A stretch of DNA of 63,917 nt, filler included, from Perkinsus chesapeaki ATCC PRA-425 (taxonomy: Eukaryota > Protista > Perkinsozoa), in the NCBI GenBank assembly GCA_013115145.1. It is 5 parts of 5 records of this genome, joined end to end, with 100 filler letters (N's around TTAATTAATTAA, not from the genome) between each part and the next. Parts side by side here need not be neighbours in the genome. Positions count along the whole stretch, not along the records: positions 40,356 to 62,359 come from JAAPAO010000587.1; 4 more parts are not named here. The stretch is one strand, 5' to 3'. Of this stretch, positions 42,100-54,738 are shown in pieces; positions within the stretch are counted from its first letter, which is position 1, and every line of letters starts with the position of its first letter. Both the position numbers and the translations under genes were made by a program. Below the pieces are notes generated by a model, which saw nothing but the letters and a program-made list of their open reading frames with translations, searched no databases and was not told the origin of the DNA.

Positions 42100-43000
42100 T
42101 TTGTAGAGTTCGCACGTGTCACTTTCCTTGCCGTTGTACCAGTGTTGGCTACCGTGTGGTTCACGCATTCTCGGTATTATCTGACTCCTTACCCCGATAG
42201 ACTTCACTCTATCTCCAAGGATGAAACTCTAATCGATAACAGCTTGTATAACGATGCACATTGGCGCGAGAATGGAACTATCTGGAGGGCTTTAGAGATG
42301 ATGAATAGTGTACGTGCACCGTATTTCCACCGTCAATTTGCTAATGCTGGTTTAAGCCCAAGTAATGGTAGATATTTAGATGTTGGTTGTGGTGGTGGAT
42401 TATTAACTGAAGATATGTCATCACTTTATGGATATAATATTACTGGTATAGATATTAGTGAGGCATCTTTACAACAAGCACGTCAACATGGTCAACATTT
42501 ACCTAATCTACATTATCAAGTTGGATCGGCTTATGAAATACCATTCGAGGATAATTCATTCGATGAGGTTGTCAATGATAACTTATCATCTCAGTCGTCT
42601 CCGAGCATTCGTTGGACTTGATCAGTGCAGCTCGCGAGCTCCTCCGTTTACTCAATCCCGGTGGCGTTCTTGCTCTAGATACTGCAGCAAGGAGCTTCCT
42701 CACGTACGCCCATTCCTAGCTGACGATGCAGTACATATTGTGAATAAGTTTGATCTAACTGCTTAGCTATTTTCTCCGGAATCCGGAGTCTGCCGGGAGC
42801 GTAACGCGTCTATGATGTTCGAGCTTGGCGTTTTAGGCATTGCCTCAAAAAAAACCCACGACTGGCGTTCTTCCATCGATTTGTCGGAGCTGGTTACTCT
42901 CCCACGTGAGACAGGCTTCTCCGTAAGTGAGTTCAGTCCTCGTTTGAGTACACACTCAAGACGCCCTCGATTTAGGTAGAGGATTCTCCAGAGTTCAATT
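42100..43000 (+). pseudogene. UbiG/COQ3-like type B copy 1: intact 5' half, eroded 3' half
   Basis: 5' half near-identical to 45311 copy but lacks its ATG; after FEDNSFD there is a frameshift, a stop and decayed motifs (LLNPGGVLALDTAARSFLTY, THDWRSSI). Confidence 0.7.
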
Positions 43001-43955
43001 GGGTCGGCCTACCGGGCACTAGCATGTGGTTGGCCATAGGTCTCGTGATCCTCCAATGAACTAAGTGGCTTGACTGCAGTGCGGAGCTTTAGCAAAGTAT
43101 ACGTTGAGCTGCCGCATGATCTCAATTAATCCTACGGTGGTGACGCCGCTAAGCCTCTGCGATAACATCATTCGGAAGACTATCAATCTAAACAATCGGT
43201 TTTCACCTAGAGCCGTGTATCAGCCTCTGCTTACATGTTACTCTCATCGGTTGAATCAGTCTTGAAATCGTCTCACTTTCATACAGTAGAGCCATTTGGC
43301 TAATCTTCGAATCGAACCGTCTAGTTCTCGTAATGTTTCCTTGTGTTCTTACTATGCTGCACCGCCTCACTACATATAGGGTGCTGCAAAAAACGGGCGC
43401 CTCCACTGGAACTTCGTGGGAAGATTTCTTCATAATGGCGTGGGAGATCAGAATTCAGGATCTCTGTTGCACTCAAAAAAGTCTGTCCTTGCGCAAGCGA
43501 ATGATGGAATACTGTTGCATATCGCTCAGGCGGCTCATTTGATAACACCGACCCGGATCCGGTAGCGCACCCATCTGTATAGCCATTTTGACCACAGGTC
43601 GGATATCAGCGATTCGTGTGGCACCAGAAAGACCACGGCAAGAGCTTTTGAACGATACCCAGTTCGTCCATGAACTCACACGCGCTGCGAAATTCTAGGG
43701 GAGGGGCCTTTTTTCCAGCAGCCTGTAGGAATCGTTGAGGCACTTCTTGTGGACAGTTGTGCAGTCGAAGACTTCACAGTTCGAGTTGAGATATTTTTAT
43801 AGGGCTTCCAGTACGACTGCTGTGGAATAGCTCCACAGGAATTCTTTGTTAGTTGCTACCACCAGGGTAGCTGGGATTCTGCCTTTCCTGTGGCTTCACT
43901 TGGTATATTGCCTTATGTATATTCTAGCTTCCTGTATTCGTCCTTCCATTGCAGC

Positions 43956-45110
43956 ATGCCCTCCATCTGGATCGGTGTTTCAACAGCTGTGGTGGTAGCA
44001 GCATTGATGTTCTCAACATCACGTTATAATCCTATACCGTATCCTGACAGACTTGCTGTTATAAAAGAAGAGGATACTCGTATTGATAATCATTTGTATG
44101 ACCATGTCAGTTGGTGGGATGAAAATGAGGTGGTCCACGTACTGAAGAGGATGAATAGTGTGCGTGCACCTTATTTCCACCGTCAATTCGCTAATGCTGG
44201 TTTAAGCCCAAGTAATGGTAGATATTTAGATGTTGGTTGTGGTGGTGGATTATTAACTGAAGATATGGCATCACTTTATGGATATAATATTACTGGTATA
44301 GATATTAGTGAGGCATCTTTACAGCAAGCACGTCAACATGGTCAACATTTACCTAATCTACATTATCAAGTTGGGTCGGCTTATGAAATACCGTTTGATA
44401 ATAACTCATTCGATGGGGTTATCATTTCGGATGTTCTTGAGCATTTGACAGACCTTAGAAAGGCTATTAGTGAGATTCGTCGGGTGCTCAAGCCCGGCGG
44501 TGTTGTTGCTTTCGACACCATATCTAGAAACTTCATGAGCTATTTGTTTATGTGGCTCATCGCTCAAGAGGTTCTCCAGGTAGCAGTCCGTAGCATCTCT
44601 GTGCTCGTACCCAATTGTCATGGGCCTCCAGGTTATGTACACCGATACGCACGACTGGAGACTGTTCATCACTCCTCATGAAATGGAGCAAGTGCTTCGC
44701 GAGACAGGTTTCACAGTTGGTAAGCGGAAAGTTAGTGAGCTACCTTCTCCGTTATTTTCGATACATAGTCTTTGCTGGTGTGCGCTCTCATTGTGGGGCT
44801 TATTGGTCTCTGTTTTGTTGCCCTTAAGATTCGCATTTGTGTGGGACTATTATGCCTATCTTAGGAAACCCGAAAGAGGAGTGGATTGGCATGGATTTCG
44901 AGGACAAGCCATACCGTGTACCGTGGGGTGCCATGCGATGTGTTCTGCATTCGATACGTGTGTTCGCCGCTTATTCTCGTCGATTCCTTTCAGTTATTCC
45001 GTCATATTTTTGGGGGCATGAAGGATAAGCAATTGCTCTTCGAAGGAAACCCAGTCGAATTACCGGGCGACTTGAGTACGATATACTGTGGAGCCGCTAG
45101 GAAGCCCTAA
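43956..45110 (+). CDS. UbiG/COQ3-like methyltransferase, type A copy 2
   Basis: Paralog of 40745 copy with the same exon structure; ends ...GAARKP*. Confidence 0.85.
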
Positions 45111-45310
45111 ACAAAAAATAGTTCTTGCCAGCGTCGAATCGTAGTGTTTCTCTCTTTTTCGTCTGCTCTCATTTTCGGTTTAGCAGTTGCTGTGGTCTCA
45201 ATAGGTTTTCAGATCTTTCTGGCAGTTGCGTATATCTAAGTTTCGGTGAGCCTTAGATGTGCTGGAGAAGTGTGGTTGGTGAAGCTCTGAGTGTCAGTTT
45301 ATCGAGTGTT

Positions 45311-46371
45311 ATGGTCGCGCGTGTCACTTTCCTTGCCGTTGTACCAGTGTTGGCTACCGTGTGGTTCACGCATTCTCGGTATTATCTGACTCCTTACCCC
45401 GATAGACTTCACGCTATCTCCAAGGATGAAACTCTAATCGATAATAGCTTGTATAACGATGCACATTGGCGCGAGAATGGAACTATCTGGAGGGCTTTAG
45501 AGATGATGAATAGTGTACGTACACCGTATTTCCACCGTCAATTTGCTAATGCTGGTTTAAGCCCAAGTAATGGTAGATATTTAGATGTTGGTTGTGGTGG
45601 TGGATTATTAACTGAAGATATGGCATCACTTTATGGATATAATATTACTGGTATAGATATTAGTGAGGCATCCGTACAACAAGCACGTCAACATGGTCAA
45701 CATTTACCTAATCTACATCATCAAGTTGGATCGGCTTATGAAATACCATTCGAGGATAGTTCATTCGATGGTGTTATCATCTCGGATGTTCTCGAGCATC
45801 TCCTTGATTTAAGGTTGGCATTGAGTGAGATTCATCGTGTGCTCAAGCCAGGCGGGGTGCTGGTTTTCGACACTATATCTCGTACAGCCTGGAGCTACGC
45901 GACTGTCTGGCTAATAACGCAGGAAATACTAAAAGTGAGTTGCCCGAGCTTCGAGGCTCGAAGTTCGAGCCTCCAAGCCTGTGGATTCATCAACACATCA
46001 TCATCAGATTATGCCGACAGACGCGCACGATTGGAGGCTGTTCATCACGCCTAGTGAGCTCAAAACTGGCCTGAGTGATGCAGGCTTTGTCTATGGTAAG
46101 ACAGCCTTGGTCCTTCTAGGATTTGGAGTTATCCTTCCTTCAGATACTGACGAGAGGTCTAGCTGGAGTGGGTTAGTGTTGGCGAATCCCATCAAAGGGG
46201 TGAGTCAAGCTCCCAGGCATCTTTAGTGTTTTCATATTATCCATTCAGGTTTTCGCGCTTCTCGCCAGTGGGTTCCAAGATCCACTTGCGCTGTTCTCAT
46301 ACGGGTTCGTCGAAGACCCTCACGATCTCAGCGCTCAATACTGCGGTGTTGCAATGAAGCCGTCAAATTAA
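45311..46371 (+). CDS. UbiG/COQ3-like methyltransferase, type B copy 2
   Basis: MVARVTFLAVVPVLATVWF anchor; SAM motifs; AHDWRLFITPSEL; last exon ...AQYCGVAMKPSN*. Confidence 0.82.
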
Positions 46372-46551
46372 CAGAGGACCTTAATGTTCACGTTTCAGAT
46401 GATTTCAGTATGAAGCGTATGGCTGGTGTTGATAGTAACTTCACGAACCTGAAATTCATACGCACGGTACGCGGAGAGGTCAAGTGAAGTCTTCCAATTC
46501 CGTGACATCTTAAGCCAACACGCGCAAATTCGGAAACGTTAAACTGAAACG

Positions 46552-49500
46552 TCATGAGAGTTGCATTGTAATAACGGAGTCAATTTGGTAAGGGCCTGCT
46601 GGTACTTCCGACGAAACTACAGCATTCGTTATGCCGGAAGATCTCAACGCTTCGCACAAAGACGAGTGCATCTCACTGGAGCTTGCGTACTGGCCGTTAC
46701 GGACACTGTTCACCTCATTGAAGAGACGCAAGGCTGATCGCAGGAGCTCTAGGTTCTGCTCCAGAGGACCGACGGTGGAGTTATGTGTCGCGAGATGATA
46801 TGTTAGAATCTGAGAATGGTAAGCCTTTCGATGAAGCTATAATGCCCTTAAATCGGCTCTGGACTACCTGTCGTGCCTGAGCTCTGACAGCAGTAGGGCT
46901 ACGGCTTTCAGATGCCAGACGAACCGCCTCCACGTAAACGCGGGAGCTCCTAATGGAGGGTTCATCAGATGGCAGTGTTGCACAACCGGGCTGAGGCTTA
47001 CTCTAGATCCAGTAGAGCAAGTCCGTGCAACACAGTGGTGAGCTCCCAAGGTGTCCTGAATCGACACTGGTGAAGACTGCGGCTGAAGGCAGGGGCTGCC
47101 AACCCGAGACGAGCCAGGGCATAGAGCGCTCGCGAAACGTCACCAGGAGATGCCTGTCGTAACCGTTCCTGATCGATACTCTTCATGGAAAGAATCATTA
47201 TCCTTGACTCACGTGACCATGTCCAGGAGCATTGAGACTTTTGAGGAGCACCGAGAGAGAATCAGGCGGAATACGGTTGAAGCGCAAATTAGCCAAACTG
47301 TGTAGTGCTAGGGCCGCATCTGTCAAGGATAAAGTAGACAAGTCTCAGCCAGTATTCTTACACCGTGGCGAGGGCATACGGTTGGGTTCGTCCTGCAAAC
47401 GTCCCAAAAGTGCGTTTATGTGATTTATCACACCACATGTCTCCAAGTGCTAATGAAGCAACCTCCGCAAAATGGGAGAGAGGATTGATCCTTACCATGG
47501 CGCGATCAATTGAGCTATCGAGGGATGAGACTGCTTGCAGGATAGGCCACATGAGGTATCTGGAGGCAGGATGACTGGCAACTTAACCGAATCATGGGGA
47601 TAGCCGGGGTTACTGGATAATCCCAGAACAAGCGCATCCGAAGTAAGAACTTCCACTGTAACTTATCTCTAGCGGAGCAATACATAATAATACACAAGAA
47701 TAAAGTATTTCTCGAGTGAAGATGACAGTGATTTACAATGTACAATCTCGGACACCTACATCGCTTTTGTGGGGTTGGCCTCCAGCGACACTGCGCTACC
47801 CGCCAACGCCAAGAGCAGTCTTTTAAGTGCAACCTTGAGGTCTGCAGGTATATGGAGGACTTTGGATAGGACACCCCTGTCAAATGTTTCTTGATCGCTG
47901 TGCTCCAAGAGAAGGGAACAGCAACTGCTCACGAGGGAGGACCACGGAGGCAATGCGCTGTTGTCTTTGATGCCCTCATGCACTGAGCTAGCCTCCACCA
48001 CACTGGTGATACGCGACACGGCAGCGACTTGAGTTGCGCTTGATAACATATGGCCACCGAAGCATCCAAGAGACACGAGACATCGGAGGATAGAAGAAGA
48101 CTCCTCGAGCGTCCATGGAGGAACCCTAGCACTCTTTGCCGGATCTACAATCTCACGAAGGCGGGGGATGAGCGCCTGGAAAGGAAAGTGTACAATATTT
48201 GTACCCCAGACTTACCCCAGACTGAAGAGATGCATCACATAGAGCGTTGATTTCACCCTTCTCTGGAGCGGCAGTTTCGCAATTTGATGTCACCGTTTTC
48301 GCAGAGAACGCCATCAGCGTCTCGACTATCTCCGGGTCTACCGGAGAAAGTGTTTCAGCCAAGGTAGCCAAGTCGGCTGTTGAGAGCATGCAGGATTTTG
48401 CTGACGACAAGAGGTCTTCTTTGACGTAAGAGACGATTAGATCCAGTAGTCCAGTGGAGCCTGTCAGCTGGCTGTGCTTGACAGCGGCCGAAGCAATGAT
48501 ACTGAGATCACGGCTTGAGAAGTACCCCAAAGGATTACAGCCTTCCTGTGGTGTGGCCAAGCTCTCAGGCAGGCGTGCTTCCATTAGCTGACTCTCAGCC
48601 ATCCCGCTGTACGCCGATGCGGCTAAGGCCAACACGTGTGGGTTGGGAATACGACCCGAAATAGCCTTGCAAATGGCGGTCTCCAAAAGCCTCATGACCT
48701 CAGCCTCGTCGCCGGTGCCAGCGTCGAGCCTTGAAAACTCATACGCGTAATTCACAAGCACCCGAACTTGTTCTGTGGCGGCACCAGCGGATACGCCTGC
48801 AGCTAGACTGGAGGCTTTAGCCCGGAGAGCGGCGCGAAGCTCTCCAGTTATCCCGGTGGGACCATTTGAAGTCTCTTCCAGTCCTTGAAGTTGAAACCGA
48901 CGACGTCTCTGGCATTCTACCGTAGTGTAAGCACTCAGGACGTAACCTGCCGACCGTACGTCCAGCGTGGCCATCTCCGGTAAGACTATGGACGTCAGAA
49001 GATTCTGGTACAGCTTATCGTCGTCGACCCCAACTCGCGAGAAGGCCACTAGGAAGGCTATCGCATCCTTCACCGAGCATTTAGTTCCGAGTTGCGTGAG
49101 CTCCCCAGTCAAAATGCACCTTAGTGATTCGAAGAATGGTCGGACATCGGTAGCCGGCAAGTGACTAGCGCTCTTGCTGTAGGCGGAGGCGACGATGCTT
49201 AAATCTCGAAGAGGCATAGCCGAGCTGATCGATTGCCTCAGCTCCGTGAGAAGTCGCAGACCATGGGGAAGTGTGTTGGACAACAGTTGGATGGAGATGA
49301 GATCAGCATTCGAGAAAGCTTGTAGAAGGTCAGCTAGGTCGCGACCTACCACACGAGCATTTCGACTGTAACTATGGGTGCCTACATGAAAGGGAGTCCT
49401 GATCGAGCTTCTCTACAACACTTCCAAACATCGCCGCTGATGTGTATCCCAGCCTGGAGAGGTACAACAGAAGACTGCATATGTCTTTAGTGGAAAGGTG

Positions 49501-50295
49501 ACCGTCGGTAAGGGAATCCTCAATGAGTGAGGCGACCCTCGCCAAGAGATCTTCAGATACCATAGTGGTCTTGGGGTGCTGCTGCTTTATTCGGGATAGC
49601 GCAGATAGAACGATGCAGAGAGAACTCCCGAGATCGTTGGAGCATGTCTCTGATGACTCTAGCTGGGTAATTAGGCCCGGCAACCAGTGGTTGGCGAGTA
49701 CCTTCACAAGATACGACGTGGCTGGTGCTGGATGCTCCGAAATCAAAGTTCTACTTCACTCAAAAGCTTGGGTGGTACGGCAGCTTTCAGTGTAGCCGCT
49801 CCTGCTAGCAGCTTCCCGATTTCCCGATTGCCCAGGCGATCAGCAACCACTCCGCGGAACCGCTGGGATGAGGGATCATCTACGAGGAGATCCTAAAGAA
49901 GGAGAAAACGGCGATGATGGGTTGGTATTAATCTCGAGAAGTTTTGCTTTGCGAACACGAGCACGGACAAAGTGCACTAACTAGCATTTCCAATTCTTCG
50001 CGCGCTTTAACCTTCAAGGGAAAGGCAGTGCTTTATCGTCATCTCACGTTGAAAGGGACACATAACCACATAGGAGACAGCCAAGTAGAGACCAGGGGGA
50101 GATAGCTTAGACGCATAGATGGTACCTACCTCGAGCTGCCTCATTATCCCTATTGCGGCGTGCTTCCTGGAGTTGCCGCCGGTGTGGCCGTGTCCGTCTG
50201 TCCGCGACCCAGAGGTGGCGAGGTGATGAACACGATTGCAGAGCTACACACATGAAAGAACGATTAACACTCAGATCAACAGTAGCATCCCTCAT
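46552..50295 (-). CDS. Large multi-exon helical-repeat protein (HPR/OPR/FAST-like, likely organellar RNA binding)
   Basis: Repeats DLADLLQAFSNAD, DLSIVASAYSK, DAIAFLVAFSRVG, DVSRALYALARLG, ELTTVLHGLALL; FAST-like end SSEMHSSLCEALRSSG...EVPAGPYQID; GTAAGT..TTCCAG intron joins the 48153 and 47756 ORFs. Confidence 0.65.
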
Positions 50296-50827
50296 CTCAC
50301 ATAGGCAGCGTCACTGATCGCCTTGCTGGAAGATACCCTTGGATTCTTGGTGCTGCTTGCAAAGGACCGAAGAGGGCATTTCCGTACGATCATTGTGATA
50401 TTGAAACCTGCGGGATGAGCGAGGCTCCGTGGTGTTGTAGCAAGCAGTCTTTATTCAAGCCGCCAGGAACTGCTAGCTTTTACTACTCTATTGCGGCAGC
50501 GGATAGGGGCTGCATAGGCAACGTAAAATACAACAGCAGCATACTTATTTGTTCACCTACGGTCTATGGAGCAATAGCACTACTAGAGGAAGGATGCACA
50601 TTTGATAGAGCACGATCAGAATACTTGTTGAAAGTACGGAGGACTTCATGCTAATAATAAACCGACAGCCGCCGTGGTAGAGCGATATTCGCACTGTGAA
50701 AGATTCTCTTCCATACTGATAAAGAGTAAGAAAAAAGCAAAGATGTGTGCAAAACAGACGGCACTAGCAAACGAGTTCAGATACTAGGGGAAGATTGTCT
50801 CTAAGATTTTCAGATTAAAATGATAAG

Positions 50828-52393
50828 TCAAGCCATAAGGGTGATACAGGATCCATCTTCAAGGCCGCACTCCATCAGTGTCTTGTCATCTTCGAGCTTT
50901 TTGAGGTGAAACATCAGCGTCTGGCTCTCAGTAAGATATCCTTCCGCTTGGCGAATCTTCTCTTTCAGATTTCTGATGGTGTCAGTCAAGTTACATGTGA
51001 AATTCATAACTTTATTTTTCAGTGTCTTCACTGTTATCTTCATCGTTACGTTGAGTATAAGGCAGCTTTTAGAGGCTGCTTGAATGCTCTGGGGAAGCAC
51101 AGAAGAGTCTTCTAAGATTTTGCCGTCGAGATAGATTTCCTGGTTGGAGATGTGATAGCCGTATTTCCCGTGGATCTTAGCTTTCAGTTGGCCCACTGTT
51201 TCGTAGTTATCTACAGGGAACGTCCAAGTAGTAGTCATCGCCACATTGAGGAAGCCTTCGAGCTGTATCGTAGAGCCATTAGTAAGACCATCACAGAAGC
51301 AGTTAACAATAACACGATCATCGTGGAGCAACTTCCCTTTAAAAAAGAGCCGCTGGTGCACGGCGGGATGGCCAGAACAGTCCCTAATAAGGGCTTTCAG
51401 ATCCCTCACAGTCTGAAAGGGCTGAATCCTAACCTCAAATTTCTCACCAGTCGACGACTCCACGAAGAGCTTCAAATCGACCCTATGTCGCACAACAACC
51501 GTAGCTACTTGCTCGGGTACATAGTCAGAAACAGATCCCAGTGTGAGAGGTTTCCCATCGAACTTCAGGTGCATCTGCGAAGTTGGCACACCGATTGCAG
51601 ATTCGAGAAGAGACAGGACCCGGTAGCATGCATAGGAGGAAAGAACCGGGATGACCACTTGTCGTCCATTGAGGGCCTCGGCAGTAACATAGGCCTTACC
51701 AACTGCGTGCAGCTGTAGCTTCAGTATTAGAGATTTCTCTATACCAATACTGGACATAGTGCAGTCATCCTCCAACAGCTTGTCACCAAGATGCAGCTTC
51801 TGTAGGCTGACAGCAATCCCCTGCGAGTCCCTCAAACGCTCTTTGATTTCTTTCACAGTACAGGAACCGTTAACATCTAGAGTACAAAGAGGCACATCAG
51901 TAGCAGACAGCTGATGGATCTCCATGACAGCAGTGGTGTGAACCCGTACAAGAACATGGCGAGTTGAAAGCTTGCTGATGTACTCTGCCAGCGCCTGATC
52001 GTCCTCTATGAGCTCGCCAGGAATAAGCAGCTCGAGATGCTCCGGAGTGACATTGCGTTTTTCATATATCTTTCGTTTGACGCTCTCCACAGTGTCAGAT
52101 GCATCAAGATCTATCATACCACCTCGACCCTCAGATGCCTTAACACCAACTCGAATGCTGCTCTTGAATCGGAGGAACATATGCAGTACTCTCTCATTCT
52201 TAGGATTCACATCGGCCAAGGTACGGCCATCCTGCAAGGGTTTACCGTTGAGAAAGAGAGACTGGTTCTCTATAGGGATGTGAAGTAGCCTGCCAATGCC
52301 GGATTTCACGTCTTTCACCGTATGCTTGATCATCAAGTCTAACGTTATATCATCGCCAGGAGAGTGTCGAGGCAAACGAATGTAGGTTGTCAT
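50828..52393 (-). CDS. Poly-ubiquitin-like protein type A, ~7 divergent UBL domains, intronless, 521 aa
   Basis: ~75-aa repeats with TVxxLKxxI, IPxxxQxLxxxGKxLxD motifs; no LRGG. Confidence 0.85.
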   Translation of the reverse strand: MTTYIRLPRHSPGDDITLDLMIKHTVKDVKSGIGRLLHIPIENQSLFLNGKPLQDGRTLADVNPKNERVLHMFLRFKSSIRVGVKASEGRGGMIDLDASDTVESVKRKIYEKRNVTPEHLELLIPGELIEDDQALAEYISKLSTRHVLVRVHTTAVMEIHQLSATDVPLCTLDVNGSCTVKEIKERLRDSQGIAVSLQKLHLGDKLLEDDCTMSSIGIEKSLILKLQLHAVGKAYVTAEALNGRQVVIPVLSSYACYRVLSLLESAIGVPTSQMHLKFDGKPLTLGSVSDYVPEQVATVVVRHRVDLKLFVESSTGEKFEVRIQPFQTVRDLKALIRDCSGHPAVHQRLFFKGKLLHDDRVIVNCFCDGLTNGSTIQLEGFLNVAMTTTWTFPVDNYETVGQLKAKIHGKYGYHISNQEIYLDGKILEDSSVLPQSIQAASKSCLILNVTMKITVKTLKNKVMNFTCNLTDTIRNLKEKIRQAEGYLTESQTLMFHLKKLEDDKTLMECGLEDGSCITLMA

Positions 52394-54738
52394 TGGTAAT
52401 AGTACAAACCGCTCGTTGATCAAATGAGGAAAAATCAAACAAAGGATCCGTACAAGAGTGTAAGCTTGCTATCAGCACATTGCAATTCACAGCATCAGTA
52501 ATGGAGCACCTTATACTCAGATATAGGAAGAGCAGTGCGAGACAGGCAACTCTGGCCCAGTTCAGTCTCCGTGCTAACATCTTGGCGTAAAGGACGTAAT
52601 AGATAAGCATGTGAGCTAGGAAAACACCTCGATGTAATTGAAAAATGCAAATGATACCAATGAAGAGTCAGGGCACGCGAGTTTTTCGTAAAATTATCAC
52701 AGTCGCGCCTTCTGGTTCGACTAACCCTACCCATCGCGTTCCCAGTTCAGTCTTCGATCATCAACGAAATACTGTCTATCAAGTATGAGAATTGAATAAC
52801 TGAGCTTCATCCAATTGGGTCCCAGGCGACAATCGGCCCCCACAGGATAGTCGGTCATGCAGTTGCTTCGTGGCTCTCCCTTAATTTTCTTGGACGGCGC
52901 TTGCAACAGAGCTCCTGGTTCGGAGGCCCTTCTCTTCCTGGCATTCCTAATAGCATATCCAATAGAACCGACGCGAGCCATTCATAGTCTCATTGTGATG
53001 AGGTATGCGTAAGGAGCCCTCCGCTTGCACTGTCTGTAGAGCGGATTCCATGGATGCTTTGAGCTTGCATTTCCCGTTCGATCAAGCTGCCTGGGTTCTT
53101 CCCACCCCCACCAGGAGTTACAGATATGACTACTCTCTGCCAAGGGTAACAGCAATACAATAGCCAACAACCGAAGTCACATTCGAAGTACACATCCGAA
53201 GTCCAACAAGAGACCGCAGTTGTGAGCCCTCACCAAAGTGTCCTTTTCCCCAATCCACCCGAATTTTATATTCCTCAGCTCGTTCAGTGGCAGCAGAGCG
53301 TGAGTTCCCAAATTATCGTCTCTCCGGCCACTCGGCTGGAAGCTACCCGTCCAAGCCTGAGAGCAGGCAAGCAGTCGACGCCATCTGAGGCAGAGTTGGA
53401 AGGACAATCGGCGAGCCCACCCGTGTTTGCTCAATATTAGAGTTCTGCACTGCGATGCGAATCTTTAAGATTTCCATTCTTGCTGAGCCGTCTCCTAAAA
53501 TCCGAATTCCGAACAAACAATGATCAGGCTGGGATCCAGCACTCGCAACACGAGGATGAAACGAGAGGAGTGTCGTCAGCCTTTAGGCACATCCTGTAGT
53601 CAAACTGACCTGCTGAGTCCTTTTCGCCAAGCACATGCAAGTATGCAGCGAGACTCTCCTCACCATCCGCATGCTCAGGATGACCTCCAGGATATAATGC
53701 CAACTGAAAAAGCTTGTTATTGTTCGGAGCTTCCTTTGGCAACTTGCTGCAGATATGAAATGTGCTATATCTCACTAAATTAAAGCTGGGCAGCTGCTAT
53801 TACTTGGACACGGTACTTGTCCATCCACACAGGCTTCAGCTTCACCTCTTTACCTTTTTCGAAGTTGAGTACGTCAGGATCTCAAATGTTTTCTTTCCAC
53901 TAAGACTAGGCAGAAGCTTCATTTGCGAGTCACTGAGGTCTATCTCTGCACGGATAACCTTAACCGCAGAGCACTCTATTCTATGGACCCAGCTTAATGC
54001 GAAGATCTGGCCTCGCTCACCATTCCTCCACTGTCATTGAAAAAGCCTCTATGTTTTCCATATAGGCTTTTTGGTTCCAACTTGTCCGGAAATGCTCCCT
54101 CCCACTGCCCCATGGAATCCTCTCGTGAGTCGCTACTGTAGTAGCAGCATGTGCTTTCTTTGGACTACAGACAGAGAGATGAAATAAAGAGAGACTGAGG
54201 CGAAGCGGGGGGGCGGCAAAAAAGTAGAAATGTCAGCCGTGAATCTTACGATATTTTTTGTCTCGTCACGCTGGTTAACAATGGTCAACTTATAGGATGC
54301 CCCATAGAAGATAATATGGGAGGGTTCTACTCATAATAGTCGATTGTAGTAGCTAAACAACTGTTAATGTTGCGGAGAGATACAAAATTTCGCCAGCTAT
54401 TAAGCCTAGCTATACCGGTCAGAGAGAAACACAGGATTCCTATGTAACTGTACAGGCTAACTCATAATTTAGTAGAATGGGCGCCATCCTCCCCACTGCC
54501 ACGCCAGATAAAACATGAGGAACACGGGAAGGGAACGGAAGATGGCTATCAGTTATGTAAAAATCCTGCAAGGATATCTGGCAACGTAGGCGTAAACGAG
54601 GACAAGGATAGAAGGGTTGATGCAGGTGGGGTTGAGCGTAGCAACTCTACGTTAGGAACCAAAGACTGAGACAATAAAAAGAAACCGGCGAACTTCTAAA
54701 ATTAGCGTTGAAGTAGTTTGTTCAGTATTGAGAGAGCA

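Noticed and set aside
43100-43850. Short ORFs between methyltransferase copies B1 and A2
   Set aside because: No motif; probably decayed sequence.
52450-54700. Coding remnants in the 2.3-kb spacer between poly-UBL A and B
   Set aside because: Multiple stops and frameshifts; not recognisably UBL or TE.
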